DNA of 24,000 nucleotides. Origin: an uncultured Enorma sp. GTDB taxonomy: Bacteria; Actinomycetota; Coriobacteriia; Coriobacteriales; Coriobacteriaceae. The first letter of the stretch is position 1. Each line of letters opens with the position of its first letter. The notes beneath the pieces are model-generated. The model saw only the letters and a list, made by a program, of their open reading frames with translations, was not told the DNA's origin and did not search any database. Below are positions 8,506 to 16,876 of the stretch, piece by piece. The stretch covers positions 3,593 to 27,592 of the forward strand of contig CAZUYD010000018.1 of the NCBI GenBank assembly GCA_964624825.1. Direction: 5' to 3'. A program made the position numbers and the translations under genes.

Positions 8506-8538
8506 GCCGGGGCCGCTGCGGTGCGCAGCGGCCCCGGC
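8506..8538 (+). terminator. Strong GC hairpin ending the GRE operon
   Basis: GCCGGGGCCGCTGCG-gtg-CGCAGCGGCCCCGGC forms a perfect 15-bp stem 18 nt after the ADH stop. It lacks a canonical U-tract. Confidence 0.55.
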
Positions 8539-8666
8539 GCATATCTGGGCTTCCTGCCTGACCCCTCGATGCGCGCATATCGGGCGTCCCGGTGCCCACT
8601 CGAGGACGGAAGGCGTGGTGGTTTTGCAGGTCGGGGTTTTGTGCGTATGCGAGCGGACATTTTCGG

Positions 8667-8672
8667 TACAAT
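8667..8672 (+). promoter_or_regulatory. Candidate -10 box (TACAAT) for the dnaJ-like gene
   Basis: cGGTACAATgc lies 46 nt upstream of the ATG at 8718. The same GTACAATAAG-like box recurs upstream of deoR (21761) and of the phosphatase gene (17682-17687, minus strand). No convincing -35 element is present. Confidence 0.35.
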
Positions 8673-8717
8673 GCAGACCATGACTGTCGCTCAGCGCCCC
8701 AGGAGGTCCCCTGCCCG

Positions 8718-9845
8718 ATGGCAACCATGAACGATAAAGACTACTACGCGATTCTCGGTGTATCCAAGGATGCATCGCAGAAGGAAATCCAGAAGGCGTT
8801 TCAGCAGAAGGCGCGTAAGCTGCATCCCGATGTGAACAAGGCACCCGATGCCGAAGAGCGTTTCAAAGAGGTTTCCGAGGCGTATGCGGTGCTCTCTGAT
8901 GAGCAGAAGCGCGCACGATACGATGCGATGCGCTCGGGCAACTCGTTTGCAAGCTATGGTGGCTCGGCGGCGCAGCATCCGTATGGCGCGGGAGCCGCGC
9001 GCGGATCCTATTATGGCGGCTTCGGAGGTTTCGGCGGGTTCCCCTTCGGCGGTGCGTGGGGCGAGAGCCGCAGGCCAGGGCGTCAGAGCTCGCAGGCGTT
9101 CAACCCGGAAGAGGGCGCCGATGTGGTGGTTGACATCGACCTTACGCCCGAGCAGGTAAAAAACGGCGCCCGCAAAGCCGTGAAGTACCGCCGATATGAA
9201 ACCTGCCAGCATTGCCATGGCGTGGGCTCCGTTTCTTCTGAGCATGCCCACGCGTGCCCGAGCTGCGGAGGCACCGGTGCTATGGGCGTGGATATGTCAT
9301 TTCTCTTCGGCGGCGGCATGTTTCAGATGGTTTGCCCGGAATGCAACGGCTCGGGCAAGGTCATCAACGACCCCTGTCCAGATTGCGGAGGTTCCGGTCG
9401 GCGTCAGGTGATGTCCGAGGCGGTCATCGAATTTCCCGCGGGCGTGCACGATGGAAGCACGGTGCGCGTGAGCGGTCTGGGCAATGCGGGCACCAACGGC
9501 GCGGCGGCGGGAGACCTCGTCGGTCGCGCGCGGGTTGCCGCGGAACGCCTTGAGGGGCAGGCACAAAAAGGGTTCCGTGCTATGGGATTGTCCGCGCCGT
9601 TTCTGCTGCTGGCGCTGCTTGGCGGTTCTGTTAGCGTTATCGCGCTTGTTGGCCTGGCGTTCTTTATATGGGGACTCGTGAATGTGCTGCGCGAGGTTCC
9701 CGGCCATCGATCGTTCATCTGGTTCAAGCGCGGTCTCGCGGTCTTCGCGCACGGGATGGCGAATACGCTGCTCTGGGTGCTTCTTCTCCTATGGTTTGCG
9801 AGCTGCTCGCGCGGGCTTTACTACCGTCCGATGGTCTGGTATTAG
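8718..9845 (+). CDS. DnaJ-like co-chaperone with a C-terminal transmembrane anchor
   Basis: Lies within ORF 8592..9845. I place the start at the ATG at 8718 after AGGAGG. It has a J domain (DYYAILGV...[11 protein letters not shown] present), a G/F-rich linker and four CxxCxGxG zinc-finger repeats ([32 protein letters not shown]). Where CTD-II and the dimerisation region would lie, there are two hydrophobic stretches ([31 protein letters not shown] and [22 protein letters not shown]). Confidence 0.8.
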   Translation: MATMNDKDYYAILGVSKDASQKEIQKAFQQKARKLHPDVNKAPDAEERFKEVSEAYAVLSDEQKRARYDAMRSGNSFASYGGSAAQHPYGAGAARGSYYGGFGGFGGFPFGGAWGESRRPGRQSSQAFNPEEGADVVVDIDLTPEQVKNGARKAVKYRRYETCQHCHGVGSVSSEHAHACPSCGGTGAMGVDMSFLFGGGMFQMVCPECNGSGKVINDPCPDCGGSGRRQVMSEAVIEFPAGVHDGSTVRVSGLGNAGTNGAAAGDLVGRARVAAERLEGQAQKGFRAMGLSAPFLLLALLGGSVSVIALVGLAFFIWGLVNVLREVPGHRSFIWFKRGLAVFAHGMANTLLWVLLLLWFASCSRGLYYRPMVWY

Positions 9846-9967
9846 GCCGCTGCCCTGCGCTGCATATACCCATGTGTGTCGCCGCGTGGGTTGGTTGTTT
9901 ATGTGGGTCAGCTCTGGGGTAGTATGGATGCTGCATGTTTTTCCGCTGCATAGTTCGGTGCGCCTGA

Positions 9968-11140
9968 ATGGCGCTGAAGAGGGGGAAGGTTCGTATCGTG
10001 CCGGGATCGAAGGATTATTACGAGATTTTGGGCGTTGACCGCGATGCCGATCAGCGCACCATCAAACGCGCGTTTCTCAAGAAAGCGCGCGAGGTGCATC
10101 CAGATGTCTCCGACGATCCAAACGCCGAAGAGAAGTTCAAAGAGGTCAACGAGGCGTATTCCGTGCTTTCGGACGAAGAGAAGCGCGCAAACTATGACCG
10201 CTACGGTACAGCCGATGGCCTCGGCGGAAACGGGTATGTCGATTTCAGCGACATCTTTAGCGGCATGGGCATGGACGATATCTTCTCGTCGTTCTTCGGC
10301 GGTGGCCGCTCCGGTTCCGGTTCGAATCGGAGCACGCGTCGCCGTGGCCGCGATATGGCCATCTCGATCACCATCACTCTTGAAGAGGCGGCGCTCGGCT
10401 GCACGAAGACCATTAGCTACGACCGCCTTGCCCCGTGCGAGGATTGCCGCGGCACCGGCATGGCCGATGGCGCACAGGAGACGACCTGTCCCCGCTGCCA
10501 TGGTACGGGGTATGTCACCACGGTGCAGCGCTCGCTCTTCGGGCAGGTCCAATCCTCTTCACCGTGCCCGGACTGCAACGGCGATGGCACGGTCATCGAT
10601 AAGCCGTGCGATATGTGCGATGGACAGGGACGCACGCCGACGCACGAGAAGCTCGACCTTCAGATTCCCGCCGGCATCGTATCGGGAAGGCGGCTGCGCG
10701 TGCGCGGCTATGGCGAGGCGGGCTATCGCGGCGAGGCTCCGGGCGATCTGCTTGCAAGCGTTGCTGTTGCCGAGCACGAACGGTTCCAGCGTTCGGGCGA
10801 TGACCTATTGTGCGCCATATCCATTTCGATTGCCCAGGCGGCGCTCGGGTGCACGGTTGCGGTTGCGGGCATCATGCCCGATGAGACCATCACGTTTACG
10901 GTTCCTGCCGGTGTTCAGTTCGGCGATACCGTCGAGGTCGAGGGCATGGGCATGCCTCGTTCCGGCATGGATGGCCGAGGGCGAGCCATCGCGCAGGTGC
11001 GCATCGAGGTTCCGCGCAAGCTCAGTGGAGAGGCGCGCAGCCTGCTCGAAAAGTATGCCGAGGTCATGGACGAGGACGTTGCAACGCGGCGCACCGTCGG
11101 CGAACGCATTCGCGACGCGATCGATGACATCCTCGATTAG
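9968..11140 (+). CDS. dnaJ: Molecular chaperone DnaJ (type I, full length)
   Basis: It has a J domain (KDYYEILGV...EVHPDV), a G/F region, four zinc-finger repeats (CEDCRGTG, CPRCHGTG, CPDCNGDG, CDMCDGQG) and both C-terminal domains. The GTG at 9998 after GGGGGAAGG is an alternative and perhaps better start. Confidence 0.9.
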   Translation: MALKRGKVRIVPGSKDYYEILGVDRDADQRTIKRAFLKKAREVHPDVSDDPNAEEKFKEVNEAYSVLSDEEKRANYDRYGTADGLGGNGYVDFSDIFSGMGMDDIFSSFFGGGRSGSGSNRSTRRRGRDMAISITITLEEAALGCTKTISYDRLAPCEDCRGTGMADGAQETTCPRCHGTGYVTTVQRSLFGQVQSSSPCPDCNGDGTVIDKPCDMCDGQGRTPTHEKLDLQIPAGIVSGRRLRVRGYGEAGYRGEAPGDLLASVAVAEHERFQRSGDDLLCAISISIAQAALGCTVAVAGIMPDETITFTVPAGVQFGDTVEVEGMGMPRSGMDGRGRAIAQVRIEVPRKLSGEARSLLEKYAEVMDEDVATRRTVGERIRDAIDDILD

Positions 11141-11155
11141 CGGCAAGGGACATTC

Positions 11156-12475
11156 GTGGCGAATCCGTTTGTTTCCGTTGTCAACCTGGGATGCCGGGTA
11201 AACCGTGTGGAGTCGAGCCACATGGAGCGCGAGCTTGCGCGTGCCGGCTTCACGTTCGTCGACCCCGACGAGGCGGAGCTCATCGTTATCAATACGTGTG
11301 CGGTGACCGGTGAGGCCGAGGCGAAGACCCGCAAGGCGGTCCGCCATGCGCTCGCATATTCGCAAGAGCCGTTCGTGCTCGCGACGGGATGCGCGGTCTC
11401 ACTGCACCCAGACGCGATCAGCGCGCTTTCCGACCGCGTCGTCGTGGAGCCCTCTAAGGCTGAGGTGGTTGGCTGGGCCCAGCGCCTTCTTGGACGCGCG
11501 CATCCTACGGGTAGCTCGGAGGAACCCGTCTCACCGGTGGCAGGAACTGCCCATCAGCAGGCGCGCGTCGGCGTGAAGATACAGGATGGCTGCAACCATC
11601 GGTGCACCTATTGCATCGTGTGGAAAGCACGCGGGCCTGAGCGTTCCGCAACCGTCGAGGCGGTGCTTGAGCAGGTGCGCGCTGTCGAGGCCTCAGGGTC
11701 GCCCGAGGTCGTGCTGACGGGGGTCAACCTGGGAGCGTATGACGGATCGAGTAAGACCGATGAGCACGTGAGGATCGATGAGCTGCTCGAGATCATCATG
11801 CGCAAGACCACGATGCCCCACATTCGGCTCTCATCAATTGAGCCCATGGATGTCACCGACCGCCTTATTGAGCGCATCGCCGCCTCCGGCGGACGGGTCG
11901 CGCCGTTTTTGCACCTGCCTGTACAATCCGGCTGCTCCGCGACGCTCGCGCGCATGGGGCGCCCGTATAGCGCCGAGGAGTTCGAATCGCTCTGCATGCA
12001 TGTTCGAGATGCCGTGCCAAGCATCGCGCTTTCGTGCGACCTCATCGTTGGGTTTCCCGGCGAGACGGATGAGGAGTTTTCCGAATCGCTTGCGCTTTGC
12101 AATCGCGTCGGGTTTTCACGGATGCACGTGTTTCGCTATAGCGCGCGCCCGGGTACGCCGGCAGCCGAAATGCTCGACCAGGTGCCGCCGGCAGTAAAAG
12201 AGGAGCGCAGCCGTGCGGCGCGCACGCTCGCATCGAAGCTCGCCTGTGCCGATGCGCGCGCTCGCGTCGGCACCACAGAGCGGGCGGTCATCGAGACCGG
12301 CCGGCGGGGCACGCTCGCCTCGTTTCATCGCGTGATGGTCGAGAATCTCTCGGCTTCCGGCGTCTCGGCTCCTGCGATCGTCGACGTTGATATCATGGGA
12401 GTGCAGGAATCTGGTTTGGTGCTCGCACGTCTTAGCCCGGCGCAAACGGCTGCTTCGTCTGCCAAGGAGGTTTGA
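11156..12475 (+). CDS. mtaB: MiaB/RimO-family radical SAM methylthiotransferase, MtaB-like
   Basis: The start is GTG. The N-terminal UPF0004 cysteines are present (NLGCRVN, NTCAVT). The radical SAM motif is DGCNHRCTYC. Its position immediately after dnaJ matches the Bacillus yqeV (mtaB) arrangement. Confidence 0.75.
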   Translation: MANPFVSVVNLGCRVNRVESSHMERELARAGFTFVDPDEAELIVINTCAVTGEAEAKTRKAVRHALAYSQEPFVLATGCAVSLHPDAISALSDRVVVEPSKAEVVGWAQRLLGRAHPTGSSEEPVSPVAGTAHQQARVGVKIQDGCNHRCTYCIVWKARGPERSATVEAVLEQVRAVEASGSPEVVLTGVNLGAYDGSSKTDEHVRIDELLEIIMRKTTMPHIRLSSIEPMDVTDRLIERIAASGGRVAPFLHLPVQSGCSATLARMGRPYSAEEFESLCMHVRDAVPSIALSCDLIVGFPGETDEEFSESLALCNRVGFSRMHVFRYSARPGTPAAEMLDQVPPAVKEERSRAARTLASKLACADARARVGTTERAVIETGRRGTLASFHRVMVENLSASGVSAPAIVDVDIMGVQESGLVLARLSPAQTAASSAKEV

Positions 12476-13560
12476 TGGATACTGCGACCGTGAGGCTCAC
12501 AATTCCGGACGGGGTCGATCCGGTTCGCATAACCGGTGGGGGCGATGCGCTGCTTCGTGTGATCGAGGGTTCGACGAGCGCATCGATCGTGGTGCGCGGG
12601 CGCTCGATTGCGCTCTCCGGCTCTCCCAGCGAGGTCGAGCTGCTTACGCGGTTGTTCACCTATCTCATCAGCGAGGCGCGTGCGGGTGACGCTCCAACCG
12701 AGGCCGAGGTCACGCGTGCCCTGCAAACGCTGCGCGAGAGCGCCATGGATCTATCCGGGTTTCGCGATGATATCCTGCTAACCTACCGCGGCAAGGCGAT
12801 CCGTCCTAAAACGGTGGGGCAGAAGCGGTATATCGATGCGATTCGCTCGAGCACGGTTACATTCTGCCTCGGTCCTGCGGGCACCGGGAAAACGTATCTT
12901 GCCATGGCGATGGCGGTCGCTGCGCTCAAGCGCCACGAGGTCGGCCGCATCGTGCTGACGCGTCCGGTCGTCGAGGCAGGGGAGAGCCTTGGATATCTCC
13001 CTGGAACCCTCCAGGAGAAAATCGACCCGTACGTGCGCCCGCTGTTCGACGCGCTATTCGATATGACCGACATGGAGCGCGGGGGTGAGCTCGTTGAACA
13101 GGGGATCATCGAGATCGCGCCCCTTGCCTACATGCGCGGGCGCACCTTGAACGACGCGTTCGTGGTGCTTGACGAAGCGCAGAACACCACCCCCGAGCAG
13201 ATGAAGATGTTTCTTACGCGTTTGGGGTTCAACTCGAAATTCGTCATTACCGGAGACACCACGCAGCGCGATTTGACGGGGCGGCGCGGAGGGCTCACGG
13301 ATATCGAGCGCATTCTTGCAGGGGTCGATGATGTCTCCTTCATCCATCTGGGTCGAAGCGACGTGGTGCGCCATTCGCTCGTGGGGCGCATCGTAGCGGC
13401 CTACGATGCATTCGACGAGGAGTCTGAGAAGGCGGCCGCTGCGGGCACATCGAACGCGTCGAGTGCATCGCGCGCGCATCCATACAAGACCGCAAAGCAG
13501 AACCGCCGCACGCAGCGCGGCGAGCAGCGCACGGCAGGTGACGGTGACGCGCCATGCTGA
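12475..13560 (+). CDS. phoH: PhoH-family ATPase
   Basis: The ATG at 12475 overlaps the mtaB stop (TGATG) and follows AAGGAGG. Walker A is GPAGTGKTYLAMA and Walker B is FVVLDEAQN. GYLPG is typical of PhoH/YbeZ. Confidence 0.9.
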   Translation: MDTATVRLTIPDGVDPVRITGGGDALLRVIEGSTSASIVVRGRSIALSGSPSEVELLTRLFTYLISEARAGDAPTEAEVTRALQTLRESAMDLSGFRDDILLTYRGKAIRPKTVGQKRYIDAIRSSTVTFCLGPAGTGKTYLAMAMAVAALKRHEVGRIVLTRPVVEAGESLGYLPGTLQEKIDPYVRPLFDALFDMTDMERGGELVEQGIIEIAPLAYMRGRTLNDAFVVLDEAQNTTPEQMKMFLTRLGFNSKFVITGDTTQRDLTGRRGGLTDIERILAGVDDVSFIHLGRSDVVRHSLVGRIVAAYDAFDEESEKAAAAGTSNASSASRAHPYKTAKQNRRTQRGEQRTAGDGDAPC

Positions 13561-14072
13561 CCATGCTGATTTCAAATGACGACGCGCTCGATACGCTTAT
13601 CGACGAAGCCGAGGCGAAGGCGGCGTGCGAAGCGGTGCTGGCTGCTGAAGGGATTGCGGGCGACGCAGAGGTCTCCCTCTCGTTCGTTTCGGCCGACGAG
13701 ATGCGCTCGCTGAACGCAGCGTGGCGCGGCATCGATGCGCCGACCGACGTCCTTTCCTTCGCGCTTATGGAGGGGGAGGATGCCGGTGCGGCATCTTTTG
13801 GTAAAGCGGCGCCCGAGCTCGGCGACATCATTCTTGCTCCCGAGGTCATCGCACGTCAGGCCGGGGAGTTCGGCAACACGCCGGTAGAAGAGTGTCGCCT
13901 TATGCTTGTGCATGGCATGTTCCATCTGCTCGGATACGATCATGTGTCTGCGAGCGAAGCGATCGAGATGGAGCGCCGCGAGCTTTCGGTGCTGCAAACG
14001 CTTGCGATCGCCCGCGGGGAGGATCCGCGCATGGTGAAGATCGGGCCTACGACCCGCCACGAAAACGATTGA
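13554..14072 (+). CDS. ybeY: rRNA maturation endoribonuclease YbeY
   Basis: The zinc motif HGMFHLLGYDH is present. The start overlaps the phoH stop (ATGCTGA). The phoH-ybeY-dgkA-era order is conserved. Confidence 0.9.
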   Translation: MLTMLISNDDALDTLIDEAEAKAACEAVLAAEGIAGDAEVSLSFVSADEMRSLNAAWRGIDAPTDVLSFALMEGEDAGAASFGKAAPELGDIILAPEVIARQAGEFGNTPVEECRLMLVHGMFHLLGYDHVSASEAIEMERRELSVLQTLAIARGEDPRMVKIGPTTRHEND

Positions 14073-14090
14073 TCGGATTGCGAGGGCCTT

Positions 14091-14471
14091 ATGATTCCAG
14101 GATCAGATCGCGATCACCCCGCCTTTCTCACTTCGTTCGGCTATGCCATCGAGGGCTTGCGCACGGCCATCACAACCGAGCGCAACATCAAGGTGCAGCT
14201 GATCGTTGGCGCTGCGGCGGTTATTGCTGGGTTTGTGCTCAAAATCGACGCCATCTCATGGGCGCTTGTGATACTCTGCATTGGCCTTGTGCTTTTCGCC
14301 GAGCTTGTAAACACCGCCATCGAAGCGATCGTCGACCTCGCCACCCAGGAGCTTCACCCGCTCGCAAAACGCGCGAAGGACATCGCGGCGGCAAGCGTGT
14401 TCATCCTCTCGATTATGGCCGGCGTGGTGGGGCTTATCATTTTTGCGCGCGCTGCGTGCGCGGTATCGTAG
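14091..14471 (+). CDS. dgkA: Prokaryotic diacylglycerol/undecaprenol kinase family membrane protein
   Basis: 126 aa with three hydrophobic helices. The motifs AIEGLRTAITTERN and ELVNTAIEAIVD are present. Confidence 0.8.
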   Translation: MIPGSDRDHPAFLTSFGYAIEGLRTAITTERNIKVQLIVGAAAVIAGFVLKIDAISWALVILCIGLVLFAELVNTAIEAIVDLATQELHPLAKRAKDIAAASVFILSIMAGVVGLIIFARAACAVS

Positions 14472-15494
14472 ATGTCTGAAACGGTAGGTTTTACGATGGC
14501 TGATATGGTCGAACGCGATCCATTTGAGGGCATGACCGACGAAGCGCTCGATGCACTGGCTGAATCAGCTGAGGCGTCCGATGTTTCTGCCGGGGTTGCC
14601 CCCGATGGCTTCCGAAGCGGCTTCGTCGCACTCGTGGGGCGTCCCAACGCAGGCAAGTCCACGCTTATGAACGCGTGCATGGGCAAGAAGATGGCCATCA
14701 CGTCGCCCGTTGCCCAGACGACGCGGCGGCGCATGTGCGGCGTGGTGCGCCGCGAGGGCGTGCAGATCGTGTTCGTAGATACGCCGGGACTGCACAAACC
14801 GCACGATTCACTGGGAAACGCGCTCAACCGCAGCGCGCTTTCCGAGCTCAGCGATGTCGATGTGGTCTGCTTTCTCATCGACGCCTCGAAACCCGTCGGG
14901 CGCGGGGACGCATGGGTGGCGAAGCGCGTGGCGCAGAGCACCGCCAAGCGCGTTCTGGTGCTCACCAAGGCCGATATCGCCTCGCCCGAACTCGTCGCGA
15001 AGCAGATCGAGGCGGCGCATGAGCTCTGTGCGTTTGACGACGAGATCGTCCTCTCGGCGACCGAGAACTTCAATGTCGATGCGTTCATCGACGTGGTCGC
15101 GCGCTACCTGCCCGAAGGGCCGCAGTGGTTTCCCGAGGGCATGCCGACCGACATGTCCGATGAGATGCTCGTCGCCGAGTTCGTGCGCGAGAAGCTGCTG
15201 ACGCGCACCCGGGAGGAGGTTCCGCATTCGGTGGGCGTAGCGTGCGACTCATTTGAGCGCAAACGCGATGTGCTGGTGGCGCATGCCACGATCTATGTGG
15301 AACGCGAGGGGCAGAAGGGCATCGTCATCGGCAAGCGCGGTGAGATGCTCAAGCACGTGGGCATCGACGCACGGCGCGACCTCGAGCGCATCTTTGGCTG
15401 CAAGGTCTATTTGGAACTCGGCGTGCGCGTGCAGCCCCATTGGCGCGAGGACGCGCGTGAAATTCGCCGGCTGGGCTACGCGGCTGACGAGTAG
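14472..15494 (+). CDS. era: GTPase Era
   Basis: G1 is GRPNAGKST, G3 is DTPG and G4 is TKAD. The C-terminal KH domain contains VIGKRGEMLK. The ORF begins directly after the dgkA stop (TAGATG). An acidic extension of about 50 aa precedes G1, so a later start (M9 or M21) is possible. Confidence 0.9.
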   Translation: MSETVGFTMADMVERDPFEGMTDEALDALAESAEASDVSAGVAPDGFRSGFVALVGRPNAGKSTLMNACMGKKMAITSPVAQTTRRRMCGVVRREGVQIVFVDTPGLHKPHDSLGNALNRSALSELSDVDVVCFLIDASKPVGRGDAWVAKRVAQSTAKRVLVLTKADIASPELVAKQIEAAHELCAFDDEIVLSATENFNVDAFIDVVARYLPEGPQWFPEGMPTDMSDEMLVAEFVREKLLTRTREEVPHSVGVACDSFERKRDVLVAHATIYVEREGQKGIVIGKRGEMLKHVGIDARRDLERIFGCKVYLELGVRVQPHWREDAREIRRLGYAADE

Positions 15495-15579
15495 CGCGGC
15501 TCCTCTGGTTTGGGCTTGCTGATACGACGGGAGCGTTGGTACGGCATCGGGTGGAAGAACATATCGGACGAAGGCCATT

Positions 15580-16305
15580 GTGCTCGATAAGACGAAGCTG
15601 CGCGAGACCGATCTTATCTTCACCCTGCTTGCGGAAAACGGCACGCAGCTGCGGGCAGTCGGTAAGGGCGCTCGAAAGCCGGGAAGTCGCCTTGCCGCGC
15701 GGTGCGAGCTTGGCTGCACGGTTGATGCGCTGTTCGCACGGGGGCGCTCGCTCGACGTGATATCTGAAGCGACGCTCGTTGACGCCCCGTTGGGCGCGTC
15801 TCCGTCATACGAACTGCTCTCATCGGTTAGCGCGCTTGTCGATGTCGCGCGCTATTGCTGCTTCGAGGATGCCGAGGATCCCTTCGTGTTCGCCATTACC
15901 GCGCGGGCGCTTTCGGTGCTCGCGGGCGATGGCACCGGTTCGCTCGACGGCGTCCATCTCGATCTGGTGGTCGCGGCATATGTGTTCAAGCTCCTCGCGC
16001 ATCTGGGGTATCATCCCGATTTTTCGTCGTGTGTGGCCTGCGGAGACGCGGCGGTGACCTACTTTTCCGGCACCGCGGGGGGCTTGCTGTGCGCGTCGTG
16101 CGCCTCGAGCATTCCCGGTGCGGAAGAAGTTGACCGCACCACGGTGGAATGGCTTCGCTCGCTCATGGCGCTGCGCTTGGATGAGCTTGCGGCGGCTCCG
16201 TGCGATAGCGCAACCGCAACGTTTCTGCTGGTGCTTGCGCACACGTGGGCTGCCACGCATCTCGATGCCCGCTTGCGTGCGCTGGAGTTCATGCTTGGCT
16301 GCTAA
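15580..16305 (+). CDS. recO: DNA repair protein RecO
   Basis: The OB-fold N-terminus (LDKTKLRETDLIFTLLAENGTQLRAVGKGARKPGSRL) and a zinc-finger-like CVACG...LLCASC are present. The listed GTG start probably truncates the true N-terminus (see findings). Confidence 0.8.
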   Translation: MLDKTKLRETDLIFTLLAENGTQLRAVGKGARKPGSRLAARCELGCTVDALFARGRSLDVISEATLVDAPLGASPSYELLSSVSALVDVARYCCFEDAEDPFVFAITARALSVLAGDGTGSLDGVHLDLVVAAYVFKLLAHLGYHPDFSSCVACGDAAVTYFSGTAGGLLCASCASSIPGAEEVDRTTVEWLRSLMALRLDELAAAPCDSATATFLLVLAHTWAATHLDARLRALEFMLGC

Positions 16306-16424
16306 CGCTTGGTGCAAAGCGGCTTCCTTCGCGTGCTGTGCATGCGCCGATCGCGCCGGGCGGCATGCGATACGGTGCGGATTTCTTGTACCACGAATCT
16401 GATGTGCGGCATAGGGCGGCGTTG

Positions 16425-16433
16425 TGCTACACT
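16425..16433 (+). promoter_or_regulatory. Candidate extended -10 promoter (TGcTACACT) for rpsO
   Basis: TGCTACACT lies about 105 nt upstream of the rpsO ATG. No clear -35 element is present. The leader is long enough for S15 autoregulatory structure. Confidence 0.3.
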
Positions 16434-16536
16434 ACTCCGCTGTTGGTACCTTCTGCTTAGACGCACGCTGCACCGGCGGCTTCTCAGCATAAGGCGAATC
16501 GAAGACGGAACGCCCCGTCGAAAGGAAAGGTGTGTT

Positions 16537-16815
16537 ATGACGGTATCGAAGGAGCGCAAGGCCGAGCTCACCGCCGAGTTTGGCAACAACCCGCAGGACA
16601 CCGGCAACCCGAAGGTTCAGGTCGCCATCGCAACTGAGCGCATTCGCGAGCTCACCGAGCACATGAAGACCCACCCGAAGGACTTCCACACGCGCCGCGG
16701 TCTGCTCATGATCGTTGGTCGCCGCCGCCGCCTGCTGTCCTACATCAAGAAGAATGACGTTGTGGAGTATCGTGAGCTCATCGCGAAGCTTGGCATCCGC
16801 GACAACATCCAGTAA
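16537..16815 (+). CDS. rpsO: 30S ribosomal protein S15
   Basis: I place the start at the ATG at 16537 after GAAAGGAAAGG, inside ORF 16309..16815. The product is MTVSKERKAELTAEFGNNPQDTGNPKVQVAIATERIRELTEHMKTHPKDFHTRRGLLMIVGRRRRLLSYIKK..., which is canonical S15. Confidence 0.95.
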   Translation: MTVSKERKAELTAEFGNNPQDTGNPKVQVAIATERIRELTEHMKTHPKDFHTRRGLLMIVGRRRRLLSYIKKNDVVEYRELIAKLGIRDNIQ

Positions 16816-16840
16816 CGTCGCATTCCACACCTCGGACGCG

Positions 16841-16876
16841 AAGCCCCTGCAGGCAGTGCCTGTGGGGGCTTTTTAT
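16841..16876 (+). terminator. Intrinsic terminator after rpsO
   Basis: AAGCCCCTGCAGGC-agt-GCCTGTGGGGGCTT forms a 14-bp stem with two G-U pairs. It runs into TTTTTAT. Confidence 0.8.

Noticed and set aside
10310-10330. tRNA T-loop-like GGTTCGAATC string, noticed during a general scan for tRNA, rRNA, CRISPR and IS elements
   Set aside because: It lies inside the dnaJ coding frame with no acceptor or anticodon arms. No repeat-spacer arrays, transposase or integrase ORFs, or terminal inverted repeats were seen anywhere in the window.
10035-11201. 388-aa plus-strand ORF overlapping dnaJ in another frame, together with the minus-strand ORF 9908..10552
   Set aside because: Both are Ala/Arg/Ser/Pro-rich alternate-frame or antisense products. 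The dnaJ frame carries all the J-domain and zinc-finger motifs.
14472-14620. Acidic ~50-aa N-terminal extension of Era, considered as a separate small ORF or a mis-start
   Set aside because: It is in frame with era and directly abuts the dgkA stop, so a separate gene is unlikely. The exact start (M1, M9 or M21) cannot be resolved from sequence alone.
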